A stretch of 55,658 bases of DNA from an uncultured Planctomycetaceae bacterium (lineage in GTDB: Bacteria > Planctomycetota > Phycisphaerae > SM23-33). This document shows, piece after piece, positions 17,414 to 24,519 of the stretch. The notes beneath the pieces were generated by a model. That model searched no databases, was not told where the DNA came from, and worked only from the letters and a program-made list of their open reading frames with translations. The DNA is taken from the NCBI GenBank assembly GCA_964480425.1, contig CAYZPY010000003.1, positions 1-55,658 of the forward strand. Reading direction: 5' to 3'. Made by a program: the position numbers and the translations under genes. The first letter of the stretch is position 1. Each line of letters starts with the position of its first letter.

Positions 17414-17530
17414 CGGTCCGCCTGAAAAACGAAATAGCTTTCATTGGAATAATCACGGAATCTATTTATCTCACAGGCGGATATAACCGATTTTGAAGCG
17501 TCAAAAACAGGTCAAAGGAAGGCCAGTCAA

Positions 17531-18031
17531 GTGAAAAGAGGCTTTACATTGGTGGAGATCCTGATCGTTGTGCTGCTGTTGGGCATAATAGCTGCCATAG
17601 CACTGCCTCGATTCTCAAATGCCACCGACATGGCCAGAGCGAGCATGCTCGCCGACGACCTTCGCATCATTCGCATGCAGATAGAAGTATTCAAGGGTCA
17701 GCACCGCGGCGTCGCGCCGGGTTATCCGAATTGCGACACTTCCCAGGCGCCCACCGAAGCGGCGTTTGTGACCCACATGATCAAGGCCTCCAAATCGAAC
17801 GGCGAAACCGCTGAACCTAATACGCCCGGGTTTCCACACGGACCGTATTTCCAGAAGATGCCAAGCAATCCGGTAAACAATAAATCCTCGGTAGAAATTA
17901 TCCCCGACGGAGGTGCATTGCCCGATGCTCCGGACGATTCACACGGGTGGATTTATCAGCCATCCACGATGACATTCAAGGCCGACTCGTCCGGACAGGA
18001 CGAAAACGGTAAGGAATTTTTCGACTATTAA
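17531..18031 (+). CDS. Prepilin-type major pilin/pseudopilin paralog, GspG-like
   Basis: GTG start. MKRG/FTLVEILIVVLLLGIIAAIALPRF. 166 aa. The C-terminal half is alignable with the preceding gene (PNxPxxGPY..xPxNP..N). Confidence 0.82.
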   Translation: MKRGFTLVEILIVVLLLGIIAAIALPRFSNATDMARASMLADDLRIIRMQIEVFKGQHRGVAPGYPNCDTSQAPTEAAFVTHMIKASKSNGETAEPNTPGFPHGPYFQKMPSNPVNNKSSVEIIPDGGALPDAPDDSHGWIYQPSTMTFKADSSGQDENGKEFFDY

Positions 18032-18061
18032 ACCGGGCGTTTTTGCCCCCAGGGTGGCAAC

Positions 18062-18610
18062 ATGAGTCGCAGAACCGCAGAATTCGCTCCGGTTGTGGGC
18101 AACCGGATGACGGACCGCAGGCGCGGGGGTCGGGGGGGATTTACGCTCTTAGAGGCCTTGCTGGCGTCCTCGCTACTTGCGATAGGCACCATAGCAATCA
18201 TTGTGCCCTTCGCTACCGGCGCGCGCAACGAACTGGTCGAATCCCGCCGGATACTCGCCCTGAACCTCGCCAAGGAAATGACCGAGGAGGTGCTCTCGCG
18301 CCCGTTCCTCGATCCCGACGGATATTCCGAACCGGGTCCGGAAATCTCCGAGACGTCGCGAGACCTGTTCGACAACGTTGACGATTACCACGGATACGTA
18401 GAACCGCCCGGAACCATAACGAACCTGGAGGGAGTCATAATCGACGGCCCCGCCGCACAGGACCTTTCGCGGCACGTGTCGGCCCAGTACATATATCTAA
18501 GCGGGCAGGACGTATCCGACGAACCGACGTTCATTCGCCTTATCGTGACAGTCAGGCACAAGAACAATGATATCGTTACCCTCACCAGGCTGGTTTACGC
18601 CAACGAGTAG
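18062..18610 (+). CDS. Minor pseudopilin (prepilin-type N-terminal domain; GspI/PilV-like)
   Basis: GRGG/FTLLEALLASSLLAIGTIAII. The start is either 18062 or the internal ATG at 18107. Confidence 0.7.
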   Translation: MSRRTAEFAPVVGNRMTDRRRGGRGGFTLLEALLASSLLAIGTIAIIVPFATGARNELVESRRILALNLAKEMTEEVLSRPFLDPDGYSEPGPEISETSRDLFDNVDDYHGYVEPPGTITNLEGVIIDGPAAQDLSRHVSAQYIYLSGQDVSDEPTFIRLIVTVRHKNNDIVTLTRLVYANE

Positions 18611-18632
18611 CGATGTATTAAGAGGAATATCC

Positions 18633-19286
18633 ATGAAACGCTCATCCAAGGCCTGGACGGTGATAGAAATGGTGCTGGCGATGTCCATAACAGCAGTAAT
18701 CGCCCTGACCATCGCCAGTGTAACGCTGGGGCTGTCCGCTTCGAATGCGACCACCAGGAATTCGCAACAGGCAAACCGCATTGCCACCTGCGCTGCGCGA
18801 CGCATACAGGCGGCGTTGCGAAAGGCGAAACTGATCACGTGCGCAGAAGACGATTATCTGGCCTACTGGGTCGAGGACACCAACGGCGACGGAAAAATCA
18901 ACCTCGCCGAAGTAGCAGCCATTAAGTACAACTCAGACAACGAAAAAATAAAGCACATACGCCCCACACTGGATCACATAACGGACGAGACCACAAAAAA
19001 GGCCCTGAACGTGAAAATTAATCTCGACTCCATAAAAAATTCGAGCTCCACGGAGCAGGTTCTGACAAATTCCCCCAAACTTAACGAGACGCTGCTGGCC
19101 GACAACGTGACAGATTTCAGTTTCAGCGCTACCCCCGATGTTCCCATGACCAAACTCGTGACGATGTATATGGAAATCCAGGTGGGTAATTACTCAATGA
19201 GATTGACCAGTTCCTCGGCGATCCGGGCCGACAAGATCGGGCAGGTCGGATATTCCGAGGAAAAATACATATTAATCGACGAATAA
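18633..19286 (+). CDS. Minor pseudopilin (prepilin-type; GspJ/PilW-like) with EF-hand-like Ca-binding loop
   Basis: MKRSSKA/WTVIEMVLAMSITAVIAL after RBS AAGAGGA. DTNGDGKINLAE at 18876..18911 fits DxNxDGxIxxxE. Confidence 0.7.
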   Translation: MKRSSKAWTVIEMVLAMSITAVIALTIASVTLGLSASNATTRNSQQANRIATCAARRIQAALRKAKLITCAEDDYLAYWVEDTNGDGKINLAEVAAIKYNSDNEKIKHIRPTLDHITDETTKKALNVKINLDSIKNSSSTEQVLTNSPKLNETLLADNVTDFSFSATPDVPMTKLVTMYMEIQVGNYSMRLTSSSAIRADKIGQVGYSEEKYILIDE

Positions 19287-19301
19287 AGGAGGGCCTTGCA
19301 T

Positions 19302-20531
19302 ATGAAGCATTACGCCCCTGCAAAAGGCAAATCGCACAACAGAGGGTTCGCCCTGTTGCTGGTGCTGATGGCGCTGGTTCTGGCGAGCACTATCGGCGTC
19401 AGTTACGTGGCCGGAAACTCCGTTTGCCTCAGCGGCACCTCGAACCTCCTCGACGCCGACCGCGCGAAATACCTCGCTGAGTCCGGCATACATCATGCCC
19501 TGTACATGATAAGGAAGAATCCGCAGACGGTTCCTTCCGACAGGAGCAGGGCGTTAAACGACAAGTACTACCCGGATTCCTCCGATGACGGGTATATCTT
19601 CTGGGCCCAATACATAGGCACCGAGTCCGATCCCGGTCTGTACATGTTAACCGCAGAGGGATTCTGCGGAGATATCAAACAGTACGTCTCGGTAACCGTC
19701 TCACGCGCCGCGGCTGCGGAGGTGGATATCGGGTACGGAATGGTGATAGCCAAGTCGATGGCGGTGTTGCCATGGAAACTGGATATGGAAGGAGATTTTC
19801 ACATAAACGGCTCCCTGTTAAACTTCGCCAGTATAAACGGCAATGCGTCCGCCGAGGCGGCAATCGATGATCCCGTGGGGCGAATTTCCGGAACCAAGGA
19901 GGAATGGGCGGAACATCAGCAGATTCCCCCAATCCAGTGGGAACAGTACGAAAATTACTCTCTTTACACGGAATCCTACCAGGCCGTCGAAGTTGACGGC
20001 GACGGGTTTGATTCCGGACATGCCCTTGCCGACGGCAGGGCGGTGACCGAGAATAATCCCGGCGGCGTCGTGCTGGTCAAACCTGACGATGGGGATGATG
20101 ACGACGATGATGGTGATGACGATGATGATGACGACGGGGATGGAAATCCGAGTGTCGAAATAAAGGATGGTTTCCACTTCACCGGGACTATCGTAGTAGA
20201 CGGCGACGTAGTACTGGTCGGCAAGGGTATCAAACTGGAGGCGGTTGACGGATTCCCCTCGATCGTGACCTCTGGGAAAATTTACGTCAAGGACGACGCG
20301 CACGCGAACATCGACGGATTCGTCATCGCCGGCGAGGGTATCGCCCCGATGGGCGACACGAGCGGTTCGCGAACGGATATCGAGGGAGGACTGCTTTGCG
20401 AGACCGTCGGATACAACTATTACCTCGATGGCGATCACTCGCTGCAATACGATCCGAACCGCAGTAAACTTTACGATTACACCGGTTCGGGGAACTTACC
20501 CGCGGCCCAAATAGTTACGTGGCACGATTAA
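19302..20531 (+). CDS. PilX-N/GspK-like minor pseudopilin lacking Glu5, with internal poly-Asp tract
   Basis: RBS AAGGAGGG lies 8 nt before the ATG at 19302. HNRG/FALLLVLMALVLASTIGVSYV. DDGDDDDDDGDDDDDDDGDG is encoded at 20085..20144. Confidence 0.65.
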   Translation: MKHYAPAKGKSHNRGFALLLVLMALVLASTIGVSYVAGNSVCLSGTSNLLDADRAKYLAESGIHHALYMIRKNPQTVPSDRSRALNDKYYPDSSDDGYIFWAQYIGTESDPGLYMLTAEGFCGDIKQYVSVTVSRAAAAEVDIGYGMVIAKSMAVLPWKLDMEGDFHINGSLLNFASINGNASAEAAIDDPVGRISGTKEEWAEHQQIPPIQWEQYENYSLYTESYQAVEVDGDGFDSGHALADGRAVTENNPGGVVLVKPDDGDDDDDDGDDDDDDDGDGNPSVEIKDGFHFTGTIVVDGDVVLVGKGIKLEAVDGFPSIVTSGKIYVKDDAHANIDGFVIAGEGIAPMGDTSGSRTDIEGGLLCETVGYNYYLDGDHSLQYDPNRSKLYDYTGSGNLPAAQIVTWHD

Positions 20532-20534
20532 ATC

Positions 20535-20867
20535 ATGGAGAGAAATATGCATAACAGGATTAGACACAACACCGGAAAAGTCTCGAAAGTATCGCACCTG
20601 GCGATGATTGCCGCGACGGTGCTGGCGGCTGCGGTGATCTTGGGACAACTGACCAACGTTCACATCCAGGCAAAGGATTCTTCAAAAAAGGAGTTCGTGC
20701 TCGATTCAAGCGGCCAGCGCAATGCCATAATAGAAGCGCAGAAGAAGACAAACGCCAAACTCGACGAGATTATCAGTCTTCTCAAGAGCGGTCAGGTGAA
20801 GGTCCAGGTGGTGGAAAAGAAATCAACCGCAGCAGGAGGGAGCGGAAATGATTCTGCGGGAACATAA
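20535..20867 (+). CDS. Small bitopic membrane protein of unknown function
   Basis: Single TM (LAMIAATVLAAAVILGQL), then a charged, probably helical segment and a Gly/Ser tail. An alternative ATG at 20547 is preceded by GGAGAG. The gene overlaps the next gene by 20 nt. Confidence 0.5.
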   Translation: MERNMHNRIRHNTGKVSKVSHLAMIAATVLAAAVILGQLTNVHIQAKDSSKKEFVLDSSGQRNAIIEAQKKTNAKLDEIISLLKSGQVKVQVVEKKSTAAGGSGNDSAGT

Positions 20868-21387
20868 CAACATTCCTTCCACCGGAAAACCGCTTTGCGC
20901 CGCCGCCGGCTTCACACTCGCCGAGATAATGGTCGTGCTGGTGATTCTGTCGATCGCCGCGCTGGTGATAGTGCCCGCCGCCATAGACGCCGCCTCTGTC
21001 CAGGCGATATCGGCCGCCAGAATGGTCGCCAGCGACATCGAATACGCGCAGAGTGCCGCCATCACGTACCAGAAACCCATCAGCGTCGTCTTCAAAAAGA
21101 GCGAAAATCTCTACCGAATTGTGGATGCTAATACAAGTCAGGTGCTCGTCCATCCGATTAATAAATCAGATTACGAGGTATTGCTTGGTCAAAAGGGCGG
21201 TTTTGAACAGGTCAGTATATCCTCTGCGGACTTCGGCGGTTCGGATTCGTCCGAATTGACATTTAACGAATTCGGCGAGCCGATTGACGGAAGCGGATGG
21301 GTGCAGATACAGGCGGGCGCCCATCTGTACAAGGTAAAAGTAGCGGCCGCCACCGGCATAGTGTCCGTTACGGATATCAGCCCGTGA
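20848..21387 (+). CDS. Minor pseudopilin, GspH/FimT-like
   Basis: AAAG/FTLAEIMVVLVILSIAALVIVPAA. RBS GGAGGGA. 179 aa. Confidence 0.72.
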   Translation: MILREHNNIPSTGKPLCAAAGFTLAEIMVVLVILSIAALVIVPAAIDAASVQAISAARMVASDIEYAQSAAITYQKPISVVFKKSENLYRIVDANTSQVLVHPINKSDYEVLLGQKGGFEQVSISSADFGGSDSSELTFNEFGEPIDGSGWVQIQAGAHLYKVKVAAATGIVSVTDISP

Positions 21388-21406
21388 AAGGAGCCCGGAC
21401 GGATAG

Positions 21407-22630
21407 ATGTTTGATTCGTTGCTGATAAAAGGGTGTCAACCGATAGGACTTGACATAGGGACCGACAGCATCAAGATGTTCCAGCTGCAGAGAGTCGGTT
21501 CTATTGTCAGGGTCCGCGCATGCGCCAAAATCAAACTGCCCCAAACCTCGCCCGACCAGCAGCAGGATTCGCCCGACCAGCTTGCGCCCGTCATCGCAGA
21601 TGCCCTTAAGGAAGGCGGATTTCGAGGAAGGAGGGTCATTTCTTCGCTCAGTTGCAGGCAATTGAAGGTCAAAAACATCCGCCTGCCCGTCATGCCGCCC
21701 GAAGAGCTCAACGAGGCAATCAGGTGGGAGGCCAAGGAGCGTCTGGGTTTCGACATGGAGCCGGACCAGCTCAATTACATCCGCGCCGGGCAGATCCGCC
21801 TGGACGATGAGACGCACGAAGAGGTGATAATTCTCGCCGTGACCCCCGAGACCATAGAGGAGCACGTTTCACTGCTGGATTCTGCGGGTCTGCATCCTGT
21901 GAACATAGACGCGGCGCCTGTGGCGGTGTTCCGCGGCTTCGAAAGGTTCCTGCGACGCAAGGCCGACGAACAGACCGTCAGCGTCATTCTCGACATCGGA
22001 CACGAAGGAACGCGCGTAATAGTCGCCCGCGGACGACGAATCGTTTTCATCAAAAACATAGACATAGGCGGGCGAAAAATAAACGATGCCGTGGCCGGAC
22101 GATTGAACATCACGCCGTCCGAAGCCATGGAAGTGCGATTAAGATTCTCCCGGAAAGTCACTGCCGACGACAGGGAGTTCAAACCCTCGGACCACTGTGG
22201 CACCGGGATTCCCGACGATTCCAAATTCTCGGGCGCGCCGGATATGGAGGGCGCCGACTGGAGCATATACGAAGCGATTCGCGGGCAGGTCGAGACCCTG
22301 GCGCAGGAGATAAGTCTGCACCTGCGCTATTGCGCGGTAACCTTCCGCGGGCTGCGAGCGAAGAAGATAATTGTCACCGGGGGGCAGGCGTACGACTCGA
22401 TTCTTCTCAAGATGCTGGCCGATAATATCGGTCTTCCCTGCCGGATCGGCAATCCGCTGCGGGGCATAGACGTCTCCGGGGTGGACCTCGGCGCCGACAG
22501 GCGGGGAATGCTCGCCGAATGGTCGGTCTGTGCGGGTCTTGCGATGCGCGGAATGGACTTCCAGGCGGGCTCGAGGTCGCACCAAACAGACAAGGACAAC
22601 GCCGATGAACACCATAGACTTTCTGCCTGA
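21407..22630 (+). CDS. pilM: PilM-like actin-fold pilus/secretion assembly protein
   Basis: IGLDIGTDSIKMFQLQ N-terminus and ILDIGHEGTRVIV second phosphate motif. 407 aa. Followed by PilN/PilO-like genes. Confidence 0.8.
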   Translation: MFDSLLIKGCQPIGLDIGTDSIKMFQLQRVGSIVRVRACAKIKLPQTSPDQQQDSPDQLAPVIADALKEGGFRGRRVISSLSCRQLKVKNIRLPVMPPEELNEAIRWEAKERLGFDMEPDQLNYIRAGQIRLDDETHEEVIILAVTPETIEEHVSLLDSAGLHPVNIDAAPVAVFRGFERFLRRKADEQTVSVILDIGHEGTRVIVARGRRIVFIKNIDIGGRKINDAVAGRLNITPSEAMEVRLRFSRKVTADDREFKPSDHCGTGIPDDSKFSGAPDMEGADWSIYEAIRGQVETLAQEISLHLRYCAVTFRGLRAKKIIVTGGQAYDSILLKMLADNIGLPCRIGNPLRGIDVSGVDLGADRRGMLAEWSVCAGLAMRGMDFQAGSRSHQTDKDNADEHHRLSA

Positions 22631-23231
22631 AAGAATACGCGCCCGGCGCGAGAAGCGCCGCCGGCTTATCAGCCAGTCGTGTCTGCTGGTGGTGTGTTTC
22701 ATCGCACTGGGTATTCTGGGGTGGTTCCGGCAGGCCAAGATCGAAAAGGCCCGGGCGGAACTGGCGTTGTTGCAGAGTCGCGCCCAAAATGTCCAGCGAC
22801 AGATAGAAACCAAGAAACTGCTCCAGGAACAGATGGGCGAGCTGATGATTAAAAAGAGGATAGAAGAACACCTCGGAAGCAGGGCCCGCATTCTGGATAT
22901 CATGGTCGAACTTCAGAACCTGGTGCCGCCAAGCATGGCGCTTACTAAACTCCAGGTCGAAACAAAGGAAATCACGGTTCCCGTCGAACCGGGACCGAAT
23001 GTCGGCGCCAGGGCAAGAACCGCAACAGGCGCGCCTAAAAACAGAAAAATCAAGCGCGTCCAACTGGTCCTGACAGGACTTGCGCCCACGGACGTCGAGG
23101 TGGCGAACTTTATAGGGCAGATGTCCGCCAGCCCGCTGCTGGAAGACGTCAATATGGGCTACGCAAGGACCGTGGAGTTTCGCGGAAGGACTGCAAGAGA
23201 GTTTCGCGCCAACTGTTACGTGGTGCGATAG
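22605..23231 (+). CDS. pilN: PilN-like bitopic assembly protein
   Basis: MNTIDFLPERIRARREKRRR, then a TM helix and a coiled coil. The ATG at 22605 overlaps the pilM end by 26 nt. Confidence 0.75.
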   Translation: MNTIDFLPERIRARREKRRRLISQSCLLVVCFIALGILGWFRQAKIEKARAELALLQSRAQNVQRQIETKKLLQEQMGELMIKKRIEEHLGSRARILDIMVELQNLVPPSMALTKLQVETKEITVPVEPGPNVGARARTATGAPKNRKIKRVQLVLTGLAPTDVEVANFIGQMSASPLLEDVNMGYARTVEFRGRTAREFRANCYVVR

Positions 23232-23243
23232 GAATCACCAGTT

Positions 23244-23774
23244 ATGGCCAAAATTGCAAAAGACAGTCTTATAGCCCTTGGGATACTTCTGGCGGCAGTA
23301 GCCACGGCTACGTTTACGATATACCTTCCCCAGAGAAGCAATCTAAAGGAGCTCGAGGCCGGCATCACCACGCAAAAGGCCGCCCTGGCGAACGATGCCC
23401 GACAGTCCACAACGCTTCCGGAACTGGTCCAGAAAGTGCAGTCTCTCAAGAAGAGATACAGCGGGTTCGACCGCCGCCTTCCCAAGCGCAAGGAACTCGG
23501 CGGATTCCTGAGGGAAATCACCGGGTGCCTCTCGCTGGAGAAACTTTCCAATGAACTGATCGAACCGGGCAATCCGGCTCAGGAAGAACTGTTCCACACG
23601 CTTCCGATTATCATGAAATTCGAGGGCTCATACCTGTCTCTCGCCGGATTCCTCGAACGCATTGACAAAATGCAGCGCCTTACAAGGGTGCAGTCGCTGA
23701 ACATCGAATCGGACTCCAAGGAAAAGACGCTCGAAATCGAGTTGCGCCTGAATATCTACTTCACGGAGAGCTGA
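23244..23774 (+). CDS. pilO: PilO/GspM-like bitopic assembly protein
   Basis: 176 aa with an N-terminal TM, a coiled coil and a ferredoxin-like C-terminus (TLPIIMKFEGSYLSLAGFLERI). Position is directly after pilN. Confidence 0.7.
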   Translation: MAKIAKDSLIALGILLAAVATATFTIYLPQRSNLKELEAGITTQKAALANDARQSTTLPELVQKVQSLKKRYSGFDRRLPKRKELGGFLREITGCLSLEKLSNELIEPGNPAQEELFHTLPIIMKFEGSYLSLAGFLERIDKMQRLTRVQSLNIESDSKEKTLEIELRLNIYFTES

Positions 23775-23815
23775 CGATTATTGCCAGTGGCCCGTCTGAG
23801 GCCATTGAGAATTCG

Positions 23816-24421
23816 ATGACTGAACAACAAAACAAAACGAAAATAACAAGCCGCCTGATAAACGACCTTAAGAGCGATAAGAAAAAGACGGCGGTTCTGT
23901 GCATCCTCGCCATAGTCGCGCTGGTATTGGTTTTAAAAACCACGCTGAAGAAAGGTTCGCCCACGCAGGTCCGCACACTTGCGGCTGCACAAAATACTCA
24001 GGGCGAAAATTCCGACAATACCCGGATTTCCTCCAGTTCCAGGGAAATCGCCCGCGCACTGTCGCAAAACAAGGACCACCATAAAAATCGCCCCAAAATC
24101 GAGCGCGACATATTCAACCCGAACCCGGAATATTTCCCGCCCCGCGTGAGGCGTGACACCAGTACCGACGTGCAGCAAAAGGAGAATCCCAACCAGCAGC
24201 AGCAGCGACTCGATGCCCACAGGCAGACCATATTAGCCCAGGCAAGGGCGCTGTCGCTGCAAAGCACCGTGGTCTCAAAGGAGCCCACGGCAATCATCAA
24301 CGGAAAAGTTCTATGCAAGGGCGACTGGATAAGCGGATTCAAGGTGGTTGAGATTACAGCACGCAACTGCGAACTCACAAAAGAAGGCGTTACTATAATC
24401 CTTACCATGAAAAACCGATAA
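23816..24421 (+). CDS. Bitopic protein with GspB/PilP-like C-terminal beta domain
   Basis: TM (AVLCILAIVALVLVL), a low-complexity linker, then TAIINGKVLCKGDWISGFKVVEITARNCELTKEGVTIILTM, which resembles the (A)xINGxxxxxGDxIxGxxVxxI signature. Confidence 0.55.
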   Translation: MTEQQNKTKITSRLINDLKSDKKKTAVLCILAIVALVLVLKTTLKKGSPTQVRTLAAAQNTQGENSDNTRISSSSREIARALSQNKDHHKNRPKIERDIFNPNPEYFPPRVRRDTSTDVQQKENPNQQQQRLDAHRQTILAQARALSLQSTVVSKEPTAIINGKVLCKGDWISGFKVVEITARNCELTKEGVTIILTMKNR

Positions 24422-24519
24422 CGAAACAGGTGCGGCCAAGCCCACCGGCCCCTGAGGGGGCGTGAATTGAGATCGGCTGCTCAGGAAGCGGCCGGAAAGA
24501 AAACAAGAGGAGTGGTAAA

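Noticed and set aside
24190-24205. A CAG repeat (QQQQ) in the GspB/PilP-like gene, considered as a possible phase-variation tract.
   Set aside because: It has only four to five units and is in frame, inside a generally low-complexity linker. That is too short to argue for slippage-based switching.
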